DNA from: Candidatus Woesearchaeota archaeon
GTDB lineage: Archaea; Nanobdellota; Nanobdellia; Pacearchaeales; GW2011-AR1
NCBI GenBank assembly: GCA_964573625.1
Contig: CAZNJU010000001.1
Location: 256,661 to 320,660 of the forward strand
DNA: 64,000 nucleotides
Direction of reading: 5' to 3'
Made by a program: the position numbers and the translations under genes. Positions 37,388 through 47,247 of this stretch are shown piece by piece; positions within the stretch are counted from its first letter, which is position 1, and every line of letters starts with the position of its first letter. A model generated the notes under the pieces. That model did not search any database. It saw only the letters and a program-made list of their open reading frames with translations, and was not told where the DNA came from.

Positions 37388-37927
37388 TCATGACATATCG
37401 TTTCTTAAGATTGCTCTGCAGGATTTGTAATATCCTTCAAAATCATTTAGGATTGTTTCAGCAGGTATTTTGTTGGCTTTGGTAAATTCCGCCATCCAAT
37501 CAGCAGTAGTCTGTAGATTTCCATGCGGGTTTAGATGTGCTATAACTTGTCCCCTAAATGATTTAAGTATCTTACGATAATATTCAGGTATCTCTGGTAG
37601 ACCGCTAACTCCTTGATTCATCATTTTTTCAATTACCTCATAAAATGAGCAAACTTCCATGATTACGTATTGCCAAAGCATGGCACTTGGAGAGACCTTA
37701 CCACTTTGAGCAGAAACACGATTTGCTGGAGAAACAAGTTGTGAATGATTCGAGTTAATTACCTTCATATAATCAAGCAAAACATGAACTTTAACATAAG
37801 CAAAATTTAATCGATCATACTTTTTCATAGGTCTAGAATTGTAATAATCTATAACTTCTTGATCTGTCATGTTTCTCAGCTTTTCAGCGAGTTCTTTTTC
37901 CTCTGAACTCTGTTCAGTAGTCATCAA
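37388..37927 (-). CDS. Hypothetical protein (possible HEPN-like RxxxxAH)
   Basis: All-helical ORF with FRGQVIAH motif. Confidence 0.4.
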   Translation of the reverse strand: MMTTEQSSEEKELAEKLRNMTDQEVIDYYNSRPMKKYDRLNFAYVKVHVLLDYMKVINSNHSQLVSPANRVSAQSGKVSPSAMLWQYVIMEVCSFYEVIEKMMNQGVSGLPEIPEYYRKILKSFRGQVIAHLNPHGNLQTTADWMAEFTKANKIPAETILNDFEGYYKSCRAILRNDMS

Positions 37928-38024
37928 AAGTTATGTCCTTTCCTCTATTTAGTTTTTACTGTTTTGTATGTGACAAGAAAAACACAAAGGGTAAGCTTGT
38001 TAAGATTAGATAACTGAATTTCTA

Positions 38025-38567
38025 TCAGTTAACTTCAGCTACAACTGCCGGAGGCACTAGGCCGACGAATCTAAACTCATCCATGCCTTTTCGATGTCGT
38101 CCCTTGCATTTCATAGGATCTATACGTTCAAAAGAATATCCTTTAGGCAATGCATACACGTCTGCTCTCTTACGGCGAGACGAAACTCGGTTTATTTTTT
38201 CTATAAAACTGACTTCAAGACCATCCATTCCTGGTCTACCTTCTCTGAAACCGAATTCATAAGCCTTGTCAAAAGGTCGACGTAATTCGTCACCTGACAA
38301 TTCTAGGTATTGTGCCGATGTAAGAGCACCCTCAGCCCATATGTTTGATTGCGGAAGAGCTATCGTTACAAATTCAGCATAAGTAATGTTTGTTCCGAAA
38401 CCAGGAAGAAGATTTGTAAGAACCAACGGAGGATGCACTTGTCTTTTCCCTTCAATAGAATATCCTATATGTAAAGGCCATTCCTTAATCTGCTCAAGAA
38501 CACTTTCAAATTGACCACGCGCGGCGTGATGTGCAAGTCCTATATCAAAGAAAACCCTGTTGAGCAT
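38025..38567 (-). CDS. Hypothetical protein
   Basis: 180-aa ORF. Confidence 0.5.
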   Translation of the reverse strand: MLNRVFFDIGLAHHAARGQFESVLEQIKEWPLHIGYSIEGKRQVHPPLVLTNLLPGFGTNITYAEFVTIALPQSNIWAEGALTSAQYLELSGDELRRPFDKAYEFGFREGRPGMDGLEVSFIEKINRVSSRRKRADVYALPKGYSFERIDPMKCKGRHRKGMDEFRFVGLVPPAVVAEVN

Positions 38568-38646
38568 ATTCTCTTTTCTTTCTGCTGGTTTTTAACTATT
38601 TGTATAATATTCTTCAAAGATAAAATAACGCATTAATCTAGAAATC

Positions 38647-39066
38647 CTATCTTGAAAACCGTGTAAAATCTTCTAGATCGCAAGCATTGTCTCGAGCATA
38701 AGAGATAGCATCACCTATCGCGAGCCCATGAACATATCTTACTCCAGATTCGAGCGAACGAGATTGAGCTACCTCTCTGCGATTCACACGTAAAGAAAAT
38801 AGCGTACCTTGATTATTTAGTGCAATAACATGATACGGCTGACTCTCAGTACCTTTTTCATTAAACCAGGAATATCTGATGACTTTCGGACTATATTTTT
38901 CCTCTATAACAATTATTTTTCGATCAGAAGTTTTCGGAGGAGCGTAATGGCGAGGAGGGCGAATGTTATGATTATGAATAGTCTTAGGTCTCCTTTTGAG
39001 CCTACTGATTTGTTCCTGAGTTTCTGTTCTCTTGCCCTTAGGCAAGTCTAAGACATCGAAAATCAC
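38647..39066 (-). CDS. Hypothetical protein
   Basis: 139-aa ORF with GTG start. Confidence 0.45.
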   Translation of the reverse strand: MIFDVLDLPKGKRTETQEQISRLKRRPKTIHNHNIRPPRHYAPPKTSDRKIIVIEEKYSPKVIRYSWFNEKGTESQPYHVIALNNQGTLFSLRVNRREVAQSRSLESGVRYVHGLAIGDAISYARDNACDLEDFTRFSR

Positions 39067-39118
39067 GCTAATAAAACCGAATGTTGTTATTTAAATTTAT
39101 CCAATTGAAAAATAGAAA

Positions 39119-39538
39119 TTAATGCCAGACAGTAAGAATGGCGCTACCAATAAGGAAGGTGACAAAGTAGTATCCAATATTAAGCGCGTACAGTTTCCAT
39201 GACTTGCCTTCCCAAAGAACCATTCCAAGTGACGTCGTAGCTATAAATCCAAGCCAGCACATGAATCCGATAAACATGCCGTCAAATAATTTGGAGGCAT
39301 TTGCATAAATAACTACATGCGCAAGTACATAGAAAAGAACAAAGGTAGAAACAAGATTAATAAGTATAACTTTAGCCATTCCCTTTGGTTTGTCGCCTTT
39401 AGGAGATATTTTAGCTAGTTTCATCCACATATTTCCAAAGAAGAGCGGGGAATACCAGAGCCATCCAATGATGAATGCAATAACGGTAGAAACAACAATA
39501 GGAAGATAATTGACAGGTACGGGAAACATCATAACCAT
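39119..39538 (-). CDS. DUF1761 family membrane protein
   Basis: IGWLWYSPLFFGNMWMKL ... WEGKSWKLYALNIGY. Confidence 0.85.
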   Translation of the reverse strand: MVMMFPVPVNYLPIVVSTVIAFIIGWLWYSPLFFGNMWMKLAKISPKGDKPKGMAKVILINLVSTFVLFYVLAHVVIYANASKLFDGMFIGFMCWLGFIATTSLGMVLWEGKSWKLYALNIGYYFVTFLIGSAILTVWH

Positions 39539-39562
39539 AAAAGTTCTTTTTTATTTATAAAA

Positions 39563-40135
39563 CTATCTTCTTCTACGTCTTCCCAAACTTATTCCCACGA
39601 GTCCTCCAATAGCAAACACACTCGGCACAGGCACATTGGCTGAATTATATGTCGCGTATGTTTTCATGAACGTCTCGCTTCCATCAGGAAATCGTGAAAG
39701 AGATTCATCATACAACCCATGTGCATTCCCGTTAGGCACGTTTCCGGTATTGCCTGGCCAGTTCCCATATGAAAAACCATCTATAACTACGTTATTGAAT
39801 ATATCATACAACTCTATTCTCCCATCGTTGTTTTGCATGCCATCAGGATTAAGGATCATGAGTCGTTGCCCTGGATTAAGAAATCCAAATGAACTTAGCG
39901 ATAATCCACTCGGAGTAGTATCTATTAAATTAAGTTCAATACCATACAGGTTGAATGGTTGCGTCCCAGGGTTGTATATTTCAAACCATTCATCAGAAGG
40001 AGTTACCTGTTTATCATGATTCCAATCTTGTTGAGGATCAACAACTATCTCATTAATTCTAATAGTATCTCCTTTGACAGGGTTTGTAGCAGCAATAAGA
40101 CCTGTAAGACCTAAAGAGATTGCTCGTCCACGCAT
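39563..40135 (-). CDS. Lamin-tail-domain protein with PEP-CTERM-like C-terminal sorting signal
   Basis: IRINEI...DEWFEIYN...SLSRFPDG (LTD); VPVPS + TM + RRRRR tail. Confidence 0.75.
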   Translation of the reverse strand: MRGRAISLGLTGLIAATNPVKGDTIRINEIVVDPQQDWNHDKQVTPSDEWFEIYNPGTQPFNLYGIELNLIDTTPSGLSLSSFGFLNPGQRLMILNPDGMQNNDGRIELYDIFNNVVIDGFSYGNWPGNTGNVPNGNAHGLYDESLSRFPDGSETFMKTYATYNSANVPVPSVFAIGGLVGISLGRRRRR

Positions 40136-40221
40136 ATACCTTTGAAATATTAAATCTATAATTATTTTACTTGCATAAATAATAAACTATTTGTAAAATA
40201 TTATCCTTTTTTATGAAAAGA

Positions 40222-40704
40222 TTACTCTTTCGTAAAATCTCCAACACACAAAGCCAACTTGTCCAGGATTTTTTTAACATCAGCAGTGGCAACACGCGCA
40301 GAATGCGTCCGAAGACCAATATTGAACGAACTTTCAGTATTATTGTAAACACCCACACCAACAAGTAACTGGATGCGTTCCTTATGTCCGAATGGAGGCA
40401 CAGCCCCTACTTCACACCCAGTTTTCTCAAAGACTTCTTCATGTGTTGCCATCCGAATGTCTTTTTTCCATCCCAGTTTAAGTGCAACTTTCTTAGTGTC
40501 GACTTTACAATCAGCAGGAACGTCAACCACAACAAAATCAGTTCCGTTAGTGAACACAATCGCCTTTATTCCTTCTTTCATGCTAAATCCACGGGTTTCA
40601 GCAGCCTGCGCACTTGTTATGACTGGAGCATGTTCTAAGTATTTAGCGCGCACATTATGCTCTTTAAAAATAGACTTTATTCGAGCAACTTCTTCGATTC
40701 CCAT
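40222..40704 (-). CDS. YbaK/ProX-family aminoacyl-tRNA deacylase
   Basis: IKAIV, RMAT, TGCEVGAVPPFG. Confidence 0.88.
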   Translation of the reverse strand: MGIEEVARIKSIFKEHNVRAKYLEHAPVITSAQAAETRGFSMKEGIKAIVFTNGTDFVVVDVPADCKVDTKKVALKLGWKKDIRMATHEEVFEKTGCEVGAVPPFGHKERIQLLVGVGVYNNTESSFNIGLRTHSARVATADVKKILDKLALCVGDFTKE

Positions 40705-40794
40705 AAACGGGCAGCATATTTCTCATTAAATAGTTTACTTGAACTAGATTGTATCTTTCACTAGCTTTTTAAAAGAAGATCAATAGGAAAAGAG

Positions 40795-41163
40795 ATGGCC
40801 GAACTAAACAGCGAGCAAAAAAAAGAAGTTAAGAAAGAAATAAACAAGCAAGTAGCTGAAGCCAAAAAAGAAATTGAAAAAGAAGAGCTTCGCATCCACA
40901 AACAGCTGTTGGAAAAAGCAACAAGAACGGCATCACTATTCGGACAAGAATTTCGCCAACAGACTGCGGCAGCGATTATTGCGGCGTTTGGTTTCCTTAT
41001 AGCCTTAGCATGGAAAGACCTTATTGTGAAGATTGTTGAGCAGTTTACCGCAAGTAATATTCTCACACAATACCCCTATTTTGCCGAACTGTTTTCAGCG
41101 ATTATTGTTACAGGAATTTCAGTGATAGGTATAGTAATAATTTCTAGATGGGCAAAGAAGTGA
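40795..41163 (+). CDS. Small membrane protein (DUF5654-like)
   Basis: AAFGFLIALAWKDLI motif. Confidence 0.7.
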   Translation: MAELNSEQKKEVKKEINKQVAEAKKEIEKEELRIHKQLLEKATRTASLFGQEFRQQTAAAIIAAFGFLIALAWKDLIVKIVEQFTASNILTQYPYFAELFSAIIVTGISVIGIVIISRWAKK

Positions 41164-41184
41164 TTAAAAAAGATAACTCGCACG

Positions 41185-41655
41185 TTAATGGTGATGTTCT
41201 GATTCTTTGAGGGTTTCATTTATTCCAATTATCTTAATCTTGAAGATAAGTGTTTTTCCTGCAAGAGGATGATTAAGATCAATAGTGATTATATTTGCAT
41301 CAGCAGCAACAATGTGCACAGGAACAGCCTGTCCATCAGGTGTTCGCATCATAAGAGTCATACCGGCCTTTGGTTTTTGATTTCGAGGAAGGGTAATTTC
41401 AGAAGCAGATATCTCTCTCTTGAGTTGTTCATCATATTCGCCATATGCCTCGGCAGCAGGAATCGTAATCTCCTTTTCTTCATCCTTTGCCATTCCAATA
41501 ACGGCATTATCAAACCCAGGTATTACTTGCCCAGCCCCTGCTTCGAACTCAAGAGGGTGTGAATGATCTCCATGACTGGAACTGTCAAAGACCTCTCCGG
41601 TTTCAAAGCGCCCCTCATAATCAACCGCTACCTTATCTCCTTTCTTTACAGTCAT
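41185..41655 (-). CDS. slyD: FKBP-type peptidyl-prolyl isomerase (SlyD-like)
   Basis: GEVFDSS, VIPGF, AYGEYD, DLNHPLAGKTL. Confidence 0.92.
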   Translation of the reverse strand: MTVKKGDKVAVDYEGRFETGEVFDSSSHGDHSHPLEFEAGAGQVIPGFDNAVIGMAKDEEKEITIPAAEAYGEYDEQLKREISASEITLPRNQKPKAGMTLMMRTPDGQAVPVHIVAADANIITIDLNHPLAGKTLIFKIKIIGINETLKESEHHH

Positions 41656-41768
41656 TCTTCTTCTACCTCTGATTCAAGAACATCTTCAAGGAGATCGCTG
41701 TCTAAGACAGTGGTCTCTCCATCATCCACATCGTCTTTTGGAATATAGGTAATAATTCGTTTGCTCAT
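41652..41768 (-). CDS. Small acidic hypothetical protein (38 aa)
   Basis: MSKRIITYIPKDDVDDGETTVLDSDLLEDVLESEVEEE; stop overlaps slyD start (ATGA). Confidence 0.4.
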   Translation of the reverse strand: MSKRIITYIPKDDVDDGETTVLDSDLLEDVLESEVEEE

Positions 41769-41805
41769 ATCGCTCTCTGAAAATATGTCTTTAAGAACCT
41801 TGCGG

Positions 41806-42318
41806 TTATGCCTTTAGGGAAACAAGAAACCCCTTAATGGTCTCACGAAGAGTCCTATCTACATTTTTACTATTCGCTTTTCCATTAAGGACTATGTCTT
41901 TGATATAGCCAGGCAGTGATTTGTGTATTTCTTTAGCATGTGAGGAGAGAGGTTTAGTATGAATTATCAGAGATCTTTTAGGCAACAGTGAAACAAACGA
42001 TTGAAGAGATGACCCTCGCGAACGAGCCCAATCAAAAGGAGGATCAATAAGAACGTACGCCGCAGGTTTTATCTTATTAGAACCGAGCGCTTGGAGAGCA
42101 ATAAGAGCGCCAAGCTCAGTTCCAATGACAATAGCATCACCACTCAGCCTTTTCTGCAATATTGCTACCTCAGAATCTACATCGATATCGTGAGATGAAT
42201 TCCAATGATCATAGTGGTGTAATGAAACACCTTGCACGATATCGTGCAAAGAAAAACCTACGTCTTCAAGCCACTGTTTATTAGAGCGGTCAGCACGTGG
42301 AAGGAGAATAACCTGCAC
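41806..42318 (-). CDS. Degenerate alpha/beta-hydrolase-like protein
   Basis: IVIGTELGALIAL at the nucleophile elbow (no Ser); VLIDPP. Confidence 0.5.
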   Translation of the reverse strand: MQVILLPRADRSNKQWLEDVGFSLHDIVQGVSLHHYDHWNSSHDIDVDSEVAILQKRLSGDAIVIGTELGALIALQALGSNKIKPAAYVLIDPPFDWARSRGSSLQSFVSLLPKRSLIIHTKPLSSHAKEIHKSLPGYIKDIVLNGKANSKNVDRTLRETIKGFLVSLKA

Positions 42319-42351
42319 AATATAGAATACGTTTCAAAGATATAAAGATAT

Positions 42352-42546
42352 CTATTGCTGAGAAGATATGACCCAAGCAATCCAAATTATGAGATAGACA
42401 GCCATTACAAACAGACCAAGTCGTGTAAACGTGCTAATATGCAGTAGAAGCCCAGCCCCTATAAAAACTAAAGCGATTACAAATGCCCAGAATGTTGGAT
42501 TGATTCGAATTACTTTCTTTTGAAGATCGACAAAACGATTACGCAT
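42352..42546 (-). CDS. Small two-TM membrane protein
   Basis: Start trimmed to MRNRF. Confidence 0.45.
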   Translation of the reverse strand: MRNRFVDLQKKVIRINPTFWAFVIALVFIGAGLLLHISTFTRLGLFVMAVYLIIWIAWVISSQQ

Positions 42547-42595
42547 AGAGTAACGTGATAAGAATATATTTAAGGATAGCGATACCATTTCATAC

Positions 42596-43693
42596 ATGCA
42601 TTTCAAATGGCCGCTTTTGGGCTTCGTAGGGCTCACACTCTTCAGTTTTACCCTTCTTGCAATCATTCATACGGATACTTCTACCACTCTAAGCCCCGGA
42701 GATAATCAACTCGAAGCGTGTAAAACTCTTACGTATCATGGAGAACACAAGATAAACCTTGTTTTCTTCGGAGATGGAAAGACAGTTAAGAAATATATGG
42801 ATTATTTTTTTTCGGTAAAGCCGTTTACAACCAGGCAAGAAGACTTCAATGTCTATTACATCGATGATTACAAGCCAACCTGTACGAGGTATAGAGGCAT
42901 TGCATTGCTGTGTTACAATAAAGAAGTCATTGAAAAAGCAGGTTCTTGTCCTTCTGCCGATGCAATTCTAGTACTCTCTTCAGACAAGGAAAGTATTCGC
43001 AGTTCAGCATATCTGGGTGTTGGATCACTTAATACAAATCACCCTTATTCCGTTTTTGCACATGAATTCGGACACCTCTTCGGCAATTTTGCAGAAGAAT
43101 ATAGAACAGAAACACTTCCGGCAAATCAACAAAACTGCAAAGCGAGTCAATCAGATTTCACGTCACCTGTAGATGGAATATATCAAGAATGCTCAAAACA
43201 ATCCTATTATCGCTCCATAGAGAGCGGATTTATGCGTTCTCTCGAAGCAACACAGTACGGGCAGTACAACGAACATCTTCTCGAAGCACAAATAGATAAC
43301 CATTACTCTCCATTAAAAGCAACCGGGTTCGCATCACAGGAACAAGAGAATTGTGCCGCAGAATCGTACTATCTTGCAGAGGCAAAGTACGACGGCACAT
43401 TAACACCGATTGATACGTATATTACAAATGGTTGCGCTCAAAATCAGCAAGCAGGATCATTCTCATATACTGGATCAGATGGCCGAGAAGTTTCAACATT
43501 TGAACCAATTTTATTTACAGATGGTCCAGGCAAAGAGACGATCGATGGCGAAGATTTCAAAGACCCTGATCTACCAGTTTACATCCCCCTTCCGCTTTCA
43601 ACACCTCCACAACTTAGTTTTCATGATGATGAAGGAAATTTTATTGGACAAATGGCATTGAGTGATGCAGGAGCACGGTTATGCAAAATATGA
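42596..43693 (+). CDS. Secreted/anchored zinc metallopeptidase (M64-like)
   Basis: N-terminal TM; KINLVF..., HEFGH-x(5)-AEEY, FMRS Met-turn. Confidence 0.75.
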   Translation: MHFKWPLLGFVGLTLFSFTLLAIIHTDTSTTLSPGDNQLEACKTLTYHGEHKINLVFFGDGKTVKKYMDYFFSVKPFTTRQEDFNVYYIDDYKPTCTRYRGIALLCYNKEVIEKAGSCPSADAILVLSSDKESIRSSAYLGVGSLNTNHPYSVFAHEFGHLFGNFAEEYRTETLPANQQNCKASQSDFTSPVDGIYQECSKQSYYRSIESGFMRSLEATQYGQYNEHLLEAQIDNHYSPLKATGFASQEQENCAAESYYLAEAKYDGTLTPIDTYITNGCAQNQQAGSFSYTGSDGREVSTFEPILFTDGPGKETIDGEDFKDPDLPVYIPLPLSTPPQLSFHDDEGNFIGQMALSDAGARLCKI

Positions 43694-44127
43694 GCAGACG
43701 CGGAATGTCCACAGTCGTTTCAACAGTACTTGTTATAGCAATAAGTGTGATACTTGCAGTTATCATTGGATACGGAATTAAGCAGTTCACAGAAGTCTCT
43801 CTAGGTCCGGCTACTGCGTGCACACAACTAGCGATAAATCCGTCTTTCTCAATCCAGAAAGTATGTTATAACTCTGCACGAAAAGATCTCGAGATAACGG
43901 TTCATCGCTCGTTTGATGATAGAAGTACTGAAGGATTTTATATTTCGACTCAAACATCTTCAGGCGCGTCTGGAAAATGGTCATGTACAGACGCTTGTGG
44001 AACATGCACTCTCCTTTCAAATGGAGAAACAAAAACATACTACTTCGGCTTAGACGAAATGCCTTTGTATGCCGGTCTAGAATCTAACGGGTGCTCTCTC
44101 GAACAGAAGCCTGTTGAGAACTGCTAA
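43690..44127 (+). CDS. Archaeal pilin (class III signal peptide)
   Basis: MSRRG|MSTVVSTVLVIAISVILAVII. Confidence 0.75.
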   Translation: MSRRGMSTVVSTVLVIAISVILAVIIGYGIKQFTEVSLGPATACTQLAINPSFSIQKVCYNSARKDLEITVHRSFDDRSTEGFYISTQTSSGASGKWSCTDACGTCTLLSNGETKTYYFGLDEMPLYAGLESNGCSLEQKPVENC

Positions 44128-44314
44128 TCAGTCCTAAAATTAGTTTAGAAGGAGAGGCCTGAGCACCGAGCGAATCAACGGTTTGTTGAGTCTGCGCAGG
44201 TTGAGGTTCTGAATCTGATTCTTCATGTGTCGAGAGTGCAAAAATAAGCGCAGTTATAACGAGGAACAGAATAATTACCCAAACGATGAGCCCTATAAAA
44301 CCATTTCGATTCAT
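44084..44314 (-). CDS. Small membrane-anchored protein
   Basis: MNRNG plus TM helix; possible prepilin. Confidence 0.4.
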   Translation of the reverse strand: MNRNGFIGLIVWVIILFLVITALIFALSTHEESDSEPQPAQTQQTVDSLGAQASPSKLILGLISSSQQASVRESTR

Positions 44315-44391
44315 AAAACTACATAAATGTGCAATTTAAATACATTCTGAAGAGGCAACAACCTTAAATAGAAATAGCTCCCTCAATTCTA

Positions 44392-45198
44392 ATGGAGCAT
44401 GTTGAACTATTCAAAACCGAGCTAAAACTACGCGGCTTCTCTCCATTAACTATACGTAACTATTCTTTTTTTGTCGAAAAATTTCTTAAATTCACCAATA
44501 AAGACGCTTCACAAGTCGACGAGAACGATGCACGCGCATATCTAGCTTCTCTTTTCGAATCAAAATCTAAGAACACCATTATGCTCGCGGCAGCATCTCT
44601 CAAATTCTTTTATGCTGAAGTCTTAAAGAAGCCAACAGTAGCGATAAAAGCACCCAAAAAAGACAAACAGCTTCCAGAAGTATTGACAAAAGAGGAAGTT
44701 CGCAAGATGATTGATCTCTCTGAGACTCTCAAGTCACGCCTTATAATTTCATTGCTCTATTCATCAGGTCTCCGGGTTTCCGAACTCGTTCATCTCAAAC
44801 CAGAAAATCTTAACATCAATGAAAGTATGGGTTGGGTTCGTAGAGGAAAAGGCGCAAAAGACAGACGTTTCATTCTATCGGAAACACTTTCAAAAGATCT
44901 TGATGCGTACGTCAAAAGAAATCCGGGGCCATACGTCTTCTCAAAGAAAGAAGATCCCCTCACAACTCGAAATATTCAGAAAATCGTGAAAAAAATAAAA
45001 GAAAAAGCAGGAATAAATAAGAAAGTAACTCCTCACACACTAAGGCATAGCTTCGCAACCCATCTTCTCGAAGCAGGTACGGATATTCGACTTATTCAAA
45101 CGCTTCTTGGCCACGCGTCTCTAAATACTACTCAATTGTACACACATGTTTCAGCTGATCAGTTGAGAAAAGTTCAGAACCCTTTGGACGGATTGTAA
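44392..45198 (+). CDS. xerA: Tyrosine recombinase XerA
   Basis: SGLRVSE, GKG.KDR, HTLRHSFATH, LGH, TTQLY catalytic residues; SAM-like N-domain. Confidence 0.9.
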   Translation: MEHVELFKTELKLRGFSPLTIRNYSFFVEKFLKFTNKDASQVDENDARAYLASLFESKSKNTIMLAAASLKFFYAEVLKKPTVAIKAPKKDKQLPEVLTKEEVRKMIDLSETLKSRLIISLLYSSGLRVSELVHLKPENLNINESMGWVRRGKGAKDRRFILSETLSKDLDAYVKRNPGPYVFSKKEDPLTTRNIQKIVKKIKEKAGINKKVTPHTLRHSFATHLLEAGTDIRLIQTLLGHASLNTTQLYTHVSADQLRKVQNPLDGL

Positions 45199-45254
45199 TT
45201 AAAAAATTACACCATTAAAAACTCCAAATTACATTTATTCTATAAATTAAAAAA

Positions 45255-45662
45255 TTAACGATAAGACTTCTGTCTCTTAGAACGTGCTTTTGAGTCGCCT
45301 GGCTTGTAAGCTTCCTTTCTTCGTGTGTCTGCTACAAGCAACGAACGATCGTATTTGAGGAATGCTTTCTTGAGTTCTGCAGAATGAGTAAATTTAACAA
45401 TAGCTTTAGCAACCGCAAGTCGTGCTGCTTGAATTTGACCTTCTTTTCCGCCGCCAAGTGTTCGGATTTCAATGTTAAATGGAAATGATTCTAGCACTGA
45501 AGTAGCAATAACGACAGGCTCACGTAATGCAAGACGATGGAACAAAGGTAGAGCAGTGTATGGTTGCTTATTATACGAAATCTTACCAGTACCGTTGCTG
45601 ATTTTAGCTTTAGCAACCGCAGTCTTTCGCTTTCCAGATACAACCATTATTTTCTCGCTCAT
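45255..45662 (-). CDS. rps9: 30S ribosomal protein S9 (uS9)
   Basis: SGKRKTAVA...ARSKRQKSYR. Confidence 0.97.
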   Translation of the reverse strand: MSEKIMVVSGKRKTAVAKAKISNGTGKISYNKQPYTALPLFHRLALREPVVIATSVLESFPFNIEIRTLGGGKEGQIQAARLAVAKAIVKFTHSAELKKAFLKYDRSLLVADTRRKEAYKPGDSKARSKRQKSYR

Positions 45663-46060
45663 ATGTATTTGACTATCTCCTGTAATGTTGAAACTCGGAT
45701 ATTCTTTTCTTTACCTGACTTTATTTTCTTCACATCAGCATATTCAGCAGGGACTTCATTGTAACACATAACAAGATCAAATGCTCGTTCTCCGCGTCCT
45801 TGTTTATACGGCAACATACCTCGTATAGTACGTTTGACAATTCTCTCAGGTGACTTAGGGAAATGAGGACCATTAAGTGCAGAACCGCCTTTCTTTCGTA
45901 GAGTCATATATTCACTAGCAACCATCTTACTATTTCCTGAGATAACAACGTATTTGCAATTGACAACAACTATCTTTTTTCCAAGTAGTGCTTGCTTTGC
46001 TACATAGCTTGCAAGTCGTCCAAGCAATGCATTTGATCCGTCAACAACTATTTCGCTCAT
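45659..46060 (-). CDS. rpl13: 50S ribosomal protein L13 (uL13)
   Basis: LLGRLASYVAK, RTIRGMLP. Confidence 0.96.
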   Translation of the reverse strand: MSEIVVDGSNALLGRLASYVAKQALLGKKIVVVNCKYVVISGNSKMVASEYMTLRKKGGSALNGPHFPKSPERIVKRTIRGMLPYKQGRGERAFDLVMCYNEVPAEYADVKKIKSGKEKNIRVSTLQEIVKYI

Positions 46061-46422
46061 GCTAATTTGACTCCTGTTGCTTTAGTGTTTTTTTGAATTT
46101 CTTCATGAATAGTTACCATTTCAGCTTTCGCTTTCTTTAATTTATCTCGTGCACTCTCAGAATAACTTAGAGCACAAACACGTACTTTCTTTGAGATGTC
46201 TCCAGAACCAAGAACTTTACCAACGACAACGATGGTATCTCCTTCCTTTGACATCTTATCAATTTCAGAGAGGTTGACAGAAGTATGCATTCGAGTTGAA
46301 CCTGAAAGTCGCTGTGCAACCTTTCTCCAACCCGTATGAGCTTTAGCAAGATTGATAGTAGCCACTAGTGAGGAATTCGTTTTCCTTTTCGTTCTTTCTC
46401 GTATGTGTGTTTTGCTTATCAT
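46057..46422 (-). CDS. rpl18e: 50S ribosomal protein L18e
   Basis: RKTNS, VNLSEI, VVGKVLGSG; start trimmed to exclude the tRNA. Confidence 0.93.
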   Translation of the reverse strand: MISKTHIRERTKRKTNSSLVATINLAKAHTGWRKVAQRLSGSTRMHTSVNLSEIDKMSKEGDTIVVVGKVLGSGDISKKVRVCALSYSESARDKLKKAKAEMVTIHEEIQKNTKATGVKLA

Positions 46423-46436
46423 TTTTCTTCCGTTGA

Positions 46437-46520
46437 TGCGGGGAGTAGGAATCGAACCTACGCAGGCTCTACGCCACTGCCACCTCAAGGCAGCCCGTTT
46501 GACCGCTCCGGCATCCCCGC
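46437..46520 (-). tRNA. tRNA-Leu(GAG)
   Basis: Cloverleaf GCGGGGA...TCCCCGCA, anticodon arm CTGCC-TTGAGGT-GGCAG, long variable arm. Confidence 0.95.
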
Positions 46521-46524
46521 GTTA

Positions 46525-47223
46525 TTACTTGAAGGCTTTTTCAAACGCTTCAACGTTATCGCCGAGTACGCGCAATGCACGAAGTACAATTTCCTTGGCT
46601 GGCAGTTGTCCAAATGATTCTACAATGAAGAGAATCTCCTTGGATTGTTTAAGTGCCTGAGCGTCAAGTTGAGTTATTTCTTCAACAATAGATTCGTTAA
46701 GATCACAAACAATTCCATCTTTACCTTTTTCAGGTTTTACAAGCCCTCGTGACTGGCTTACAAGTTTCTCAACATGACTGTTCTTTGAGGAGACTTCATA
46801 CAAATGTCGATAGTAGCACAATCCAGGAGTATATTTCTCATGATCGCTTCCCTTTCCAAGACGAGCGGTAGCGATTACTTCAATTTCCTGATCTTTTTCA
46901 AGAAGTGTAAGAGGAATAGTTGGATGAACAACACTTACTCCACCTTTAAAGTCGGACGCATATACAGTACCTGGACCAGTCTTAACGAGTTTAAGCTCAA
47001 TTTCAGTTTTCTCATTCATTCCTGTTTCCATCTTAAGCGGAACAAGTCCAATTCGATGGGCCAAGAATTCGTCATACAAAGCAGAGTCATTCTTGAAAAT
47101 TTCAACCTCATCAATAGCAAGGACCTGAATCTCATTAACGCTTCTTCGTATGGCATTTGCGAGGCTTTCACTAGCTTCAATGCGCATAACCATTCGTTCA
47201 GGGCTCTGTTCTATAATTTCCAT
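46525..47223 (-). CDS. rpoD: RNA polymerase subunit D (Rpo3)
   Basis: ANAIRR, NDSALYDEFLAHRIGLVP. Confidence 0.95.
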   Translation of the reverse strand: MEIIEQSPERMVMRIEASESLANAIRRSVNEIQVLAIDEVEIFKNDSALYDEFLAHRIGLVPLKMETGMNEKTEIELKLVKTGPGTVYASDFKGGVSVVHPTIPLTLLEKDQEIEVIATARLGKGSDHEKYTPGLCYYRHLYEVSSKNSHVEKLVSQSRGLVKPEKGKDGIVCDLNESIVEEITQLDAQALKQSKEILFIVESFGQLPAKEIVLRALRVLGDNVEAFEKAFK

Positions 47224-47247
47224 TGCAAGAGTATGAGCGAGAGTCTT

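Noticed and set aside
44392..45198. Integron integrase or proviral integrase
   Set aside because: Compact XerA-like sequence beside ribosomal genes; no IntI-specific insertion, no convincing attC sites and no viral genes seen
46423..46488. N-terminal extension of rpl18e in the ORF track
   Set aside because: It overlaps tRNA-Leu(GAG)
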